The notes beneath the pieces are model-generated. The model searched no databases. It was not told the origin of the DNA and worked only from the letters and a program-made list of their open reading frames with translations. Source: an uncultured Acidobacteriota bacterium (GTDB lineage: Bacteria > Acidobacteriota > Thermoanaerobaculia > UBA5066). From it: DNA of 64,000 nucleotides. The position numbers and the translations under genes were made by a program. Shown here piece after piece: positions 26,001 through 34,577 of the stretch; within the stretch, counting starts at the first letter, position 1, and each line of letters opens with the position of its first letter. The stretch spans positions 305,511 through 369,510 of the forward strand of contig CAWIUK010000010.1 in the NCBI GenBank assembly GCA_963839295.1, given 5' to 3'.

Positions 26001-27494
26001 GAGGTCAACCCGAAGGCGCGCGTCGGCGTGAAGCTCGTCTCGGAGGCCGGCGTCGGGCGCGTCGCGGCCGGCGTCGCGAAGGCGTTCGCGGACTACGTCC
26101 TGATCGCGGGGCATTCGGGCGGGACCGGCGCCTCACCGCTCTCGTCGATCAAGCACGCGGGCTCGCCGTGGGAGCTCGGCCTCGCCGAGACGCAGCAGGC
26201 GCTCGTCGAGAATGGCCTGAGGCGGCGGATCGAGGTGCGCGTGGACGGCGGCCTGCGCACGGCGAAGGACGTCGTGATCGCGGCCTGCCTCGGCGCCGAG
26301 GCGTTCGGCTTCGGGACCGCGCCGCTCGTCGCGGCCGGCTGCGCGATGGCCCGGCAGTGCCACCTCAACACGTGCCCGACGGGCATTGCGACGCAACGCG
26401 AGGACCTCCGGCGGAAATACCGCGGAACGCCCGAGATGGTCGTCGCGTATTTCATGCACCTCGCCGAGGACGTGCGCGAGCTCCTCGCCTCCCTCGGGGC
26501 GCGCACGATCGACGAGATCGTGGGCCGCCCGGACCTCCTCCGGCGCGTCGACCGGCCGGAGTCTCCCCGGTCGCGCCTCCTCGACCTGTCGCTGCTCCTC
26601 CAGCGCGCGGGAGACGAGACGTCCCCGCGCCGGCGGATGCAGAACCGGAACGACCGGCCGCGGACGGGCCCGCAGTTTCCATCCCTCGACAGCGAGCTCG
26701 TGTCTCACGTCGCGGTCAGTCTCGGAACCGGACGCGCGTATTCCGGCACGTTCGAGGTGCGCAACCACAACCTCTCGGTCGGCACGCATCTCTCCGGCGA
26801 GCTGGTCCGGACGTTCGGGTCGCTCCCGCCCGGCGCCGTGCGGCTGAAGTTCCGCGGCCCGGCCGGGCAGAGCTTCGGCGCGTTCGCGATCCGCGGCCTC
26901 ACGCTCGAGCTCGAGGGCGAGGCGAACGACGGCGTCGGCAAGGGCCTTTCGGGCGCCGAGATCGTGATCCGGCCTTACCCGCGCGCGGGATACATCGCCC
27001 GCGCGCGGGAGCAGGCGCTCCTCGGGAACGCCGCGCTCTACGGCGCGACCGCGGGCCGCCTCTTCGCCGCCGGTCGGGCGGGCGACCGCTTCGCGGTGCG
27101 CAACTCGGGTGCCGTCGCGGTCGTCGAGGGCGTCGGCGCGCACGGCTGCGAGTACATGACGGGCGGGACGGTCGTCGTCCTCGGGAGGACGGGTGCGAAC
27201 TTCGGCGCGGGGATGACGAACGGCTTCGCCTACGTCCTCGACGAGGACGCGCTCTTTGCGACACGCTGCAACACGGAGCTCGTCACGGTCGACGAGCTCT
27301 CCGGCGCGGACGACGCGACGCTGGTGCCCCTTCTCGTGGCGCACGCGGAGCGGACGGGCAGCGCGATTGCCCGGTCGATCCTGTCCGGCTGGCCCGGCGC
27401 GCGCTCCGCGTTCCGGCGCGTGACGCCGAAGCCCGCGCCGGCCCTCGTCCAGCCGGCTCCCGCGGAGAGACCCGCGCTCGCCCGTCCGGCCTGA
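23007..27494 (+). CDS. gltB: Glutamate synthase large subunit
   Basis: 1495 aa. N-terminal YDACGVGFVAH (Ntn amidotransferase Cys), FMN/Fe-S central domains, and a C-terminal GXGXG repeat domain. Confidence 0.95.
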   Translation: MPEGPQGRQTRRRLWTDGVDAGRNPYREYDACGVGFVAHPRQSSHRVLRLALGGLSRVAHRGATGSDRTGDGAGILTRIPEPLLRRDAARRGAPLPDGAPVGVGAFFFPRGAEEKAAAVVEKTLADEGLPFAGWRDVPVRLGRLGDWAEKTRPSVRHALLAPPAGADADEWERRLYLAGRVASRRAKAEGLEGFWVVSLSHRTVVYKALLTGTELKSFYPDLEDPDYATGVAVFHQRYSTNTLPSWALAQPFHLLAHNGEINTLWGNRNAMRAREPELSSPVWGDRIRRLLPVLTDEGSDSTSLDEALELLVRSGRDPLHALTMLVPDAPQGHLPEALRAFYDFHAGLIEPWDGPAAVAFTDGIVAGAHLDRSGLRPLRWKIADDGHVVAASEAGIVDLDHEHVVASGRLGPGETIAVDTATGEILLDKDVKARLASRRPWAEWASRHVRHAAPAPGPRETVSEAELALRQAAHGWGVEDLRYVLAPSAAGQEPVFSMGDDAPMPPLSKSPQPLYAFFRQRFAQVTNPPIDSLRETAVMSLRMDLGKGGSLLLEEPGDAHFLSLEHPVLLEDDVAAIRAAADFRPCVLDATFDAASGAAGLVLALDALAARAEEAVRAGSEILVITDRGMTRERAAVPALLALGAVREHLLRAGLRYRVGLVVEAGDARDVHHFAVLHGFGAEAVHPWLALASVRALAAKDGIEGDAAAAFRASAEKGLRKVLAKMGISALSSYCGGQVYDALGLSPEVMEKCFRGTASPLGGLGFAEIAEDVLAVHRAAFDGTALPDHGRVRYRKDAEEHAWAPPVVVSLQKAAKGSEEAWAEFRAKADARAPSVPRDLLGFSPRQPVQVEEVESASEIVKRFIVSAMSLGALSPEAHETLAVAMNRLGARSNSGEGGEDPATWTGSGAERKDNRIKQVASARFGVTAEYLVRADELEIKIAQGAKPGEGGQLPAHKNSPLIARLRHAVPGIALISPPPHHDIYSIEDLAQLIHDLKEVNPKARVGVKLVSEAGVGRVAAGVAKAFADYVLIAGHSGGTGASPLSSIKHAGSPWELGLAETQQALVENGLRRRIEVRVDGGLRTAKDVVIAACLGAEAFGFGTAPLVAAGCAMARQCHLNTCPTGIATQREDLRRKYRGTPEMVVAYFMHLAEDVRELLASLGARTIDEIVGRPDLLRRVDRPESPRSRLLDLSLLLQRAGDETSPRRRMQNRNDRPRTGPQFPSLDSELVSHVAVSLGTGRAYSGTFEVRNHNLSVGTHLSGELVRTFGSLPPGAVRLKFRGPAGQSFGAFAIRGLTLELEGEANDGVGKGLSGAEIVIRPYPRAGYIARAREQALLGNAALYGATAGRLFAAGRAGDRFAVRNSGAVAVVEGVGAHGCEYMTGGTVVVLGRTGANFGAGMTNGFAYVLDEDALFATRCNTELVTVDELSGADDATLVPLLVAHAERTGSAIARSILSGWPGARSAFRRVTPKPAPALVQPAPAERPALARPA

Positions 27495-27546
27495 GCCCCG
27501 GACGCCGGGCGCCCGCCTGATAGGATTTCCCGAGAAGGAGTCTCAT

Positions 27547-27939
27547 ATGCGTCGATCGTCGAACTTCGGGGTCGCCCTCCTGTCGGCGCTCGCGGGCTTC
27601 GCGGGCGGGGCCCTTTCCGGCGCGTTCCACCGGGCGGACGCGCAGACCAGGCCGTCCGTGAGCCAGCAGTCCCAGGTCGTCCTCGCGAACTCGACGGACG
27701 GCAAGATCCAGGGCCTCGAGGCGCGCGCGAACCAGCTCGAACAGAAGCTCGCGGCCCTCAAGACGGCGTACGACGCACACACGCACTCCTACGTGCCGCC
27801 GCTGTGCAGCGCGAAGTATTCCCTGAGGATGTTGAAGCAGGTGATGGACCAGGACCCCGACGGCTACCAGGTGTGCCTGGGCACGCGCGACTTCCCCGGC
27901 GGACACCCGGCGTCCACCTCGAAGCCCCAGAACCCGTGA
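27547..27939 (+). CDS. Hypothetical secreted coiled-coil protein
   Basis: GGAG lies upstream of the ATG. Signal/TM segment, a coiled-coil stretch LEARANQLEQKLAALKTAY, then an AHTHSY motif and two Cys. Confidence 0.5.
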   Translation: MRRSSNFGVALLSALAGFAGGALSGAFHRADAQTRPSVSQQSQVVLANSTDGKIQGLEARANQLEQKLAALKTAYDAHTHSYVPPLCSAKYSLRMLKQVMDQDPDGYQVCLGTRDFPGGHPASTSKPQNP

Positions 27940-27967
27940 CCGGCCCGGGCCGGCGTAGAGTCTCCGC

Positions 27968-28384
27968 GTGCGCGGCCGCGGTCTCGCCCTCCTGATCGTC
28001 CTCTCGGCGGTCGCGCGCGGGGAGGAACCCGTGAGCCGACTGAAGGCGTGCCCGTCGAGCCCGAACTGCGTCCTGTCGACGGCGGCGGCGGACGAGAAGC
28101 ACCGCGTTGCGCCGTTTCCCTTCACGGGCCAGGCGGCGGACGCCCTCGCGCGCGTCAAGGCGGCGGCGCTCTCGTTCCCGCGGACGGCGGTCGTCGCGGA
28201 GGAGCCGGGATACGTCCACCTCACGTTCACGAGCGCGGTCTTCCGGTTCGTGGACGACGTCGAGCTCGAGGTGGACGAGGCCGCGAAGGTCGTGAACGTC
28301 CGGTCGGCCTCGCGCGTCGGCCGTTCCGATTTCGGCGTCAACCGCAAGCGCGTCGAGGCGATCCGGGCCAAGCTCGGAGGCTGA
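27968..28384 (+). CDS. DUF1499 family protein
   Basis: Signal peptide, CPSSPNCVLS motif and a C-terminal SDFGVNRKRVE motif typical of DUF1499. Confidence 0.65.
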   Translation: MRGRGLALLIVLSAVARGEEPVSRLKACPSSPNCVLSTAAADEKHRVAPFPFTGQAADALARVKAAALSFPRTAVVAEEPGYVHLTFTSAVFRFVDDVELEVDEAAKVVNVRSASRVGRSDFGVNRKRVEAIRAKLGG

Positions 28385-28417
28385 CGGCGGGCCGCGCGGC
28401 CTGATAGCGTCCGCACC

Positions 28418-29416
28418 ATGCTGCTTTCCGTCCTCCTCCTCCAGGCCGCGGCCGCGGCCACCGCGCCGCCCGTCCTCCACGCCGTCCCGAAGCACGACGA
28501 GCTCGTCTACACGTTCGGTGGCGTTCCTCCGCGCTGGCGGATCCAGCCGGGCACGCGAATCGTCGCGTGGACGGAGGACTGCTTCGACGGCGCCGTGAAG
28601 ACGGCTGCCGACCTGCCCTCGAAGGTGATGGCGCCGGGGCACGACAACCCGCAGACCGGACCGTTCTTCGTCGAGGGCGCCGAGCCGGGCGACACGCTCG
28701 CGATCCACATCCTGAAGCTCGCGCCCGCAAGGACGTGGGCCGTGTCCGCGTTCGGCCCGGGCTTCGGCGCCCTCGTCGGGACCGACCGCACGGCAATGCT
28801 CGGGCCCGAGTTCCCCGAAACCGTGTGGCGGTACGAGGTCGACGCGAAGAAGGGCGTCGCGCGGACGACGTCCGGCGACGGGAAGCAGGCCTGGGAAGTG
28901 CCGCTCGCGCCGTTCCTCGGCTGTCTCGGCGTCGCGCCCTCGATGGGCGAGGCGCGGTCCACGATCGTGCCGGGCACGTTCGGCGGAAACATGGACTGCC
29001 CGGAAGTCCGGGCGGGGAACACGGTCTACCTGGGCGTGAACGTCCCGGGCGGCCTCGTGTCATTCGGCGACGGCCACGACGCGATGGGCGACGGGGAGAT
29101 CATGGGCGCCGCGGTCGAGGGCGCGATGGACGTCGAGATCGTCGTGGACCTCGTGAAGGGGAAGTTCACCCCGGTGCCGCGGATCGAGAACGCGGACGAG
29201 GTCATGTTCGTGGGCTCCGGCCGCCCGCTGGAGGACGCCGCGCGCATGGCGTTCAAGGCGATGGTGGGCTGGGTGCGCGGGACGACGGGCCTCTCCGAGC
29301 TGGACGCCTACCAGTTCGTCTCGCAGAACGCCCGCGCCCCGATCGTCCAGCTCGTGGACCCGGAGTACACCGTCCTCGTCAAGATCGAGAAGAAGCGGCT
29401 GCCGAAGCCGCGGTGA
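28418..29416 (+). CDS. Acetamidase/formamidase family protein, secreted
   Basis: Signal peptide. NPQTGPFFVEGAEPGDTL and GGNMDC motifs typical of the FmdA/AmdA family. Confidence 0.8.
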   Translation: MLLSVLLLQAAAAATAPPVLHAVPKHDELVYTFGGVPPRWRIQPGTRIVAWTEDCFDGAVKTAADLPSKVMAPGHDNPQTGPFFVEGAEPGDTLAIHILKLAPARTWAVSAFGPGFGALVGTDRTAMLGPEFPETVWRYEVDAKKGVARTTSGDGKQAWEVPLAPFLGCLGVAPSMGEARSTIVPGTFGGNMDCPEVRAGNTVYLGVNVPGGLVSFGDGHDAMGDGEIMGAAVEGAMDVEIVVDLVKGKFTPVPRIENADEVMFVGSGRPLEDAARMAFKAMVGWVRGTTGLSELDAYQFVSQNARAPIVQLVDPEYTVLVKIEKKRLPKPR

Positions 29417-29422
29417 CTCGCG

Positions 29423-29460
29423 CGGCGGCGAAACCCGGTGGCTCCGCCGCCGTATTTAGT
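29423..29460 (+). terminator. Hairpin plus T-rich tract after the formamidase gene
   Basis: CGGCGGCG, a 14-nt loop, CGCCGCCG, then TATTTAGTTT. Confidence 0.4.
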
Positions 29461-29482
29461 TTCTAAGAAGATCTTCAAGGAG
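29455..29482 (-). repeat. Low-GC dispersed repeat, copy J
   Basis: The reverse complement reads CTTGAAGATCTTCTTAGAAACTAAATA. The core TTCTAAGAA at 29461-29469 lies 20 nt upstream of the S9 peptidase ATG. Confidence 0.5.
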
Positions 29483-29488
29483 TCGTCG

Positions 29489-31489
29489 ATGAAGGGTGAG
29501 CTCTCTCGCGCGTTCCTGGCCTTCCTCCTGGCGGCGTCCCCGGCCTTGGCACAGACGTACTCCGGCCTCGGCGCCGGGAGCGTCCCGCCCGAGCTCGTCG
29601 CGAAGTTCGCGCCTCCGCCGCTCGACCCGGCCGTGTCGCGGCGCATCCAGACGATGCTCGACGTCCGGGCGCCGGGGCTCGGCATTCCCGCGCCGGACGG
29701 CTCGCGCCTCTACTTCGGCTGGCGCATCACGGGCACGCCGCAGGTCTTCCGCCTGAGCGAGCCGAGAGGCTTCCCGGTCCAGATGACGGGCGGCGAGGAC
29801 GCCACGAGCGTCGAGGCCGTCACGCCCGACGGCCACTTTCTCGTCCTGTCGCGCGACGCCGGCGGCGAGGAGAACCCCGGCCTTTTCCTGCAGTCGGTCG
29901 AAGGCGGCCCGCTGAGGACGATCCAGAAGACCCCGAAGGTCCAGACGTTTCTCGACTTCGTCTCGGAGGACGGCCGGGAAATCTGGTTCCACGCGAACGA
30001 CGTCGGGCCGGACAGTTACGCGATCTACCGGTACGACGTCGCGAGCGGGAAAAAGACGCTCGTCTTCGGGGAGAAGGGCCTCTGGTCCGTCGCGGACCAC
30101 GTCGGGAAGGGCGCGGACCTGCGCCTTCTTCTCGTGAAGGCGACCGGCTCGTTCTCGACCGAATACTCCGAATACGTGCCCGCGACGAAGACGCTCACGC
30201 CGCTCCTCGGCGCGGGCGAGGCGACGGAGTGGGACGCGGCCTACGCGGCCCGGCCGGACGAGCTCCTCGTGAGGACGAACAAGTTCTCGGACTTCCGCCG
30301 CCTCTATCGCTGGAAGAAGGGCGGCGACGCGACCGCAAAGAGCTTCACGGAGGTCCTCGCGCCGGCCGGGATGGACGTCGCCGCGTTCTCGGTCGACCTC
30401 CCGCGCCGGCACGTCTACGCGTCGCTGAACGACGGGGGCTACGCGCGCCTGAAGGTCCTCGACGCGAAGACGTTCGCGCCCGCCGAGATCCCGCTCCCGA
30501 AGGACGCCGAACAGGTGTACGCGGGCGGCGCGACGGCCGACGGCCGCTTCGTGACGATCGGAGTCGAGACCGCCCGTGCCCCGCGCGTGAGCTACGTGTG
30601 GGACTGGGAGAAGAAGACGCTCGTGCAGTGGGTCCTCCCGTCCGCGCCCGAGGTGGACCTCTCGACGTTCGTCTCCGCGAAACTCCTGACGTACCCGGCG
30701 CGGGACGGCACGAAGATCCCGATGTTCGTGCGCTTCCCGAAGGGCTGCGCGCCGGACGAGAACCCCTCCGCGGATCCGTGCCCCGTCGTCGTCGTGTTCC
30801 ACGGCGGGCCCGAGGCGCAGGCGACGCCGGGATTCTCGCCGTACGCCGAGCTCTTCGTGGATGCCGGGTTCGTCTTCGTCGAGCCGAACGTCCGCGGGAG
30901 CGACGGTTACGGCCGGGCGTGGCTGGACGCCGACAACGGCCCGAAACGCCTCGACGTCATCACGGACATCGACGACGCGGGGAAGTGGATCCGCGCGCAC
31001 TGGGGCCGCAACGGCAAGGCCCCGCGCGTCGGGGTCGAGGGAGGCAGCTACGGAGGCTACTCGACGCTCGTCGCGATGACGATGTTCGCGGGGACGTACG
31101 ATGCCGGCGCCGCGTCGGTCGCGTTCAGCAACATCGCGACGTTCCTCCGCAACACGGCGCCGTACCGGCGCATCCTGCGCATCACGGAGTACGGCGATCC
31201 CGATCGGGACGCCGAGGCTCTCCGGAAGCTCAGCCCCGTCACGTACCTCGACCGCGTGAACGCGCCTCTCCTCGTGATCCAGGGCGTGAACGATCCGCGC
31301 GTCCCGGTCGGCGAGGCGATCCAGGTCCACGACCTGCTCGAGAGGCGCGGCGTGAAGTCTCCGCTGATTCTCTTTGCCGACGCCGGCCACGGAACCAACA
31401 AACGTGCGGACCAGGCTCTCTGGGTCGGGCACGTCCTCAAGTTCCTCGAGGAGCACCTGAAGGAGGCGCCGAAGGCGGCGGCTCAGTAA
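29489..31489 (+). CDS. S9 family serine peptidase (prolyl oligopeptidase/DPP-like) with beta-propeller
   Basis: AAGGAG lies upstream of the ATG, followed by a signal peptide. C-terminal GGSYGGY nucleophile elbow and downstream D and H regions. Confidence 0.85.
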   Translation: MKGELSRAFLAFLLAASPALAQTYSGLGAGSVPPELVAKFAPPPLDPAVSRRIQTMLDVRAPGLGIPAPDGSRLYFGWRITGTPQVFRLSEPRGFPVQMTGGEDATSVEAVTPDGHFLVLSRDAGGEENPGLFLQSVEGGPLRTIQKTPKVQTFLDFVSEDGREIWFHANDVGPDSYAIYRYDVASGKKTLVFGEKGLWSVADHVGKGADLRLLLVKATGSFSTEYSEYVPATKTLTPLLGAGEATEWDAAYAARPDELLVRTNKFSDFRRLYRWKKGGDATAKSFTEVLAPAGMDVAAFSVDLPRRHVYASLNDGGYARLKVLDAKTFAPAEIPLPKDAEQVYAGGATADGRFVTIGVETARAPRVSYVWDWEKKTLVQWVLPSAPEVDLSTFVSAKLLTYPARDGTKIPMFVRFPKGCAPDENPSADPCPVVVVFHGGPEAQATPGFSPYAELFVDAGFVFVEPNVRGSDGYGRAWLDADNGPKRLDVITDIDDAGKWIRAHWGRNGKAPRVGVEGGSYGGYSTLVAMTMFAGTYDAGAASVAFSNIATFLRNTAPYRRILRITEYGDPDRDAEALRKLSPVTYLDRVNAPLLVIQGVNDPRVPVGEAIQVHDLLERRGVKSPLILFADAGHGTNKRADQALWVGHVLKFLEEHLKEAPKAAAQ

Positions 31490-33981
31490 AGCAGGAACCT
31501 CGCCCGGGTCGTCTCGAACTCCATCGCGCCGGCGGCCCATGCGCCCGTGATCTCGCCGGCCGTCTCGCCCCGCGTGAAGCGGGTGAGGGCGGCGGCGTTC
31601 ACGAGAAGGCGGTTGAAGCGCTCGGACTTCCAGTCCTTCGGGTGGAGGTCGCGGAGCGCCGTCGCGACGTGGAAGCCGAGGGCGACGGCGTCGAGCGCGT
31701 TGCGGTCGACGAGCGTGATCCTCACGCCCGAGCAGGCCTCCCCCTTGAAGACGGACGAGGACGGCGTGAATCTCACGGGCGTGAAGCGCACGCCGGCGAT
31801 CCCGCGCGCGTTCAGCGTGGCCGCGACGCGCGGCCCGTCCATCCACGGCGCGCCGAACTGCTCGAACGGCGCGTCCGTCCCGCGCCCGACGGAGACGTTC
31901 GTCGTCTCGAGGAGGCCGACGCCTGGGTAGAGCGCGGCCTCCGTGACGGAGCGCAGGTTCGGCGACGGGTTCACCCACGGCAGGCCCGTCTCGTCGTACC
32001 AGAGGTCGCGCGAGTACCCGGCCATCTTCACGACGGTCAGGTCCGCGCCGATCTTCCTCTCGGCGTTGAAAAGGCCGGCGAGCTCGCCGATCGTCATGCC
32101 CGTCCGGATCGGAATCGCGTGGTACGCGACGAACGAGAGCGCGTCGAGGTCGGCCGGCGGTCCTTCCGTGACGTCCGCCCGGATCGGGTCGGGCCGGTCG
32201 AGGACGACGACCTTGACCTTCGCCTTCGCGGCCTCCTCGAGGACGTACCCGACCGTCGTCAGGTACGTGTAGAAGCGGCAGCCGGCGTCCTGCAGGTCCA
32301 CGACGACGGCGTCGAGGCCGGCGAGGTCCTCGGCGCGAGGCCGCCGCGACTCGGGCGTGTCGCCGTAGAGCGAGCGGACGGGCAAGCCCGTCTTTTCATC
32401 GATCGAGTCGGAAACCTTCTCGTCGAGGGCGCCCCTGATTCCATGCTCGGGAGAGAAGAGCTTCGAAAGGGTCACTCCCGCGGCGCGAGCCTTCTCCGAG
32501 GAGAGGACGTCGATGGTGGGCCGGCCGTCCCGCGTGAGCCCTGTGTGATTAGTGAGGAGGCCGATGCGCATTCCCGCGATGGCCTTGAATGAAGATTCTT
32601 CGAGTGTGTCGATGCCCGGCCGGACCTGCCCCACGAGGCGCGCCGGCGCAGCCGCGGCCCCATTCACCTTCGAAGAAGGCGCCGAAGGCGCGGAAGAATT
32701 CTGCGAAGGTGCCCGTGCCGAGCCGATCGCCGCGAGCTCCGCGACGCGCGCCGAAGCGTCGGCGAACGCTTTCGAAGAAATATCCGTGATCGCGCTCGCG
32801 ACGATCGAGGCGACCTTGCCGCGCAGCGCGACGACGTTGCCGGACTCGTCGGGGTGGTTGCGGTTCGTCAGGAGGACGACGAACGTGTCCGTCGCCGGGT
32901 CGAGCCAGATCGAGGTTCCCGTCCAGCCCGTGTGCCCGACGGATCCGAGCGGGAAGAGGTCGCCTCGGTTCGAGGAGAACGAGCTTCCGACGTCCCATCC
33001 GAGGCCGCGCAGGACGCCGTCGCCGTAGAAGCGGGGCCGCCACATCGACGCGACGCCCGCGGGCGAGAGGATGCCGCCTCCGCCCTTCAGCATCGCGGCG
33101 CAGAAGCGGGCGAGGTCGTCGGCGGTCGAGAAGAGGCCCGCGTGCCCCGCGACGCCGCCGAGCGCGTACGCCCGCGGGTCGTGGACGGCGCCGCGCCTCA
33201 CGACGCCGTTGATTTTCTCCGTCGGAGCGATGCGGGGAAGAGGAAGAGAGAGATTCCTAGAAGGTGAAGAAAGCGGGAGGAAGCCGGTGTCCTTCATTCC
33301 GAGGGGCAGGAACACGCGCTTCTTTGCGTATTCGTCGAGGGGAAGACCGGAGACGCGCTCGACCAGCTCGCCCAGCACCTCGAATCCGACGTCGGAGTAC
33401 ACGAAGCGTGCTCCGGGTGCGTTCGCGAGCGGCTGCCTGTATTTCCGTTCGAAGATCTCTTTCTTCGTCCCCGTGTAGAGCGCCATCGGATCGTCGGCCG
33501 CCAGTCCCGCGCGGTGCGTCAGGAGCTCCTCGATCGTGACCTGGTCTCTCGCTCCTCCGCCCGAGACGAACTCGGGGATGAACTTCGCGACGCGGTCCTG
33601 CAGGCGGATCTTCCCGTCTTCGACCAGCGTCATGACGCTCGTCGTCGTCGCGACGACCTTCGTGAGCGAGGCCATGTCGAAGACGGTGTCGGCCGTCATC
33701 GGCTCGACCGCGGGCGCGACCGCGCGATTCCCGTACGCCTTTCGGTAGACGACCTCGCCGTGCCGCCCGACGAGGACGACGGCCCCGGGGCACTCCTTCT
33801 TCGCGATCGACTCGTCGATCGCGGCGTCGAGCCGGGCGAGGCGGCTCGCGGACAATCCCGCGGAGGCGGGGGGGGCTGCGGGCAGGGGGCGGGCGGCCGC
33901 GGCCGCGAGGAGCATGGGGGCAAGGAGCATGCGTCTGAGTCTAGCCGCCCCCCGGGGGCTCTCTTGAAGCAATCGCATCAT
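31483..33981 (-). CDS. Fusion protein: beta-lactamase-fold serine hydrolase (AmiE-like) + DUF1343 (NamZ-like exo-muramidase)
   Basis: Signal peptide. The N-terminal domain has the ASLTK (SxxK) motif. The C-terminal ~390 aa start IGLLTNHTGLTRDGRPTIDVL...LFSPEHGIRG, typical of DUF1343. Confidence 0.8.
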   Translation of the reverse strand: MMRLLQESPRGAARLRRMLLAPMLLAAAAARPLPAAPPASAGLSASRLARLDAAIDESIAKKECPGAVVLVGRHGEVVYRKAYGNRAVAPAVEPMTADTVFDMASLTKVVATTTSVMTLVEDGKIRLQDRVAKFIPEFVSGGGARDQVTIEELLTHRAGLAADDPMALYTGTKKEIFERKYRQPLANAPGARFVYSDVGFEVLGELVERVSGLPLDEYAKKRVFLPLGMKDTGFLPLSSPSRNLSLPLPRIAPTEKINGVVRRGAVHDPRAYALGGVAGHAGLFSTADDLARFCAAMLKGGGGILSPAGVASMWRPRFYGDGVLRGLGWDVGSSFSSNRGDLFPLGSVGHTGWTGTSIWLDPATDTFVVLLTNRNHPDESGNVVALRGKVASIVASAITDISSKAFADASARVAELAAIGSARAPSQNSSAPSAPSSKVNGAAAAPARLVGQVRPGIDTLEESSFKAIAGMRIGLLTNHTGLTRDGRPTIDVLSSEKARAAGVTLSKLFSPEHGIRGALDEKVSDSIDEKTGLPVRSLYGDTPESRRPRAEDLAGLDAVVVDLQDAGCRFYTYLTTVGYVLEEAAKAKVKVVVLDRPDPIRADVTEGPPADLDALSFVAYHAIPIRTGMTIGELAGLFNAERKIGADLTVVKMAGYSRDLWYDETGLPWVNPSPNLRSVTEAALYPGVGLLETTNVSVGRGTDAPFEQFGAPWMDGPRVAATLNARGIAGVRFTPVRFTPSSSVFKGEACSGVRITLVDRNALDAVALGFHVATALRDLHPKDWKSERFNRLLVNAAALTRFTRGETAGEITGAWAAGAMEFETTRARFLLY
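33233..33280 (+). repeat. Low-GC dispersed repeat, copy B (inside CDS)
   Basis: GGGGAAGAGGAAGAGAGAGATTCCTAGAAGGTGAAGAAAGCGGGAGG. The 14-mer at 33254-33267 is identical to the reverse complement of 50659-50672. Confidence 0.7.
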
Positions 33982-34103
33982 GGAACGATCCCTTCCCCAA
34001 CGGGCACCCTTCCCGTAATACGCTCGCATTCCGCGTGCGCCACGAGAGCGCCGCTCGCGGGATTCGTGCATCGATTTTCTGGGACGAAGAAACGGGAGGA
34101 TCG

Positions 34104-34577
34104 GTGGAAAGCAGCCTCAGTCGTGACCCGAACGCCGCGTTTTCGCGCCGCCGCTGGATCGACGTCCTGCTCGGAACGAGCTTCGTCGCCTGGGCGGGGG
34201 CCGTCGTCTATCCGGTCCTCCGCTACCTGACGCCCCGCAAGGACGCCGGCGGTGCGAACAAGATCACGCTGACGGACGCGCAGAAGGGGGAGCTCGGGTC
34301 GAACGGCTTCCTGATCGTGCGCATCGGGAGCGATCGTGTCCTCCTGCTGAAGGACAAGGCCCAGAAGCTCCGGGCGATGTCGGCCAAGTGCACGCACGAA
34401 GGGTGCACCGTCCAGTTCGTGCGCGCCGACCAGATCGTCTGGTGCGCCTGCCACAACGGGAAGTTCGCGCTGGACGGGCGCGTGATCTCCGGGCCGCCGC
34501 CGCGGCCGCTCGCGGCCTTCAACGTCGAGGGAGACCTCAAGGGCTCCGTGACCGTGTCCCGCGGAGGTGCCGCATGA
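34104..34577 (+). CDS. Rieske [2Fe-2S] subunit of a cytochrome bc/b6f-type complex
   Basis: GGGAGGA lies upstream of the GTG. Tat-like FSRRRWID plus a TM helix. CTHEGC and CACHNGKF cluster-binding boxes. Confidence 0.8.
   Translation: MESSLSRDPNAAFSRRRWIDVLLGTSFVAWAGAVVYPVLRYLTPRKDAGGANKITLTDAQKGELGSNGFLIVRIGSDRVLLLKDKAQKLRAMSAKCTHEGCTVQFVRADQIVWCACHNGKFALDGRVISGPPPRPLAAFNVEGDLKGSVTVSRGGAA

Noticed and set aside
23007-27494. gltB without an adjacent gltD small subunit
   Set aside because: gltD may be elsewhere, or the enzyme may be a ferredoxin-type single-subunit GOGAT of similar length. That cannot be judged from this window and is not unusual enough to flag.
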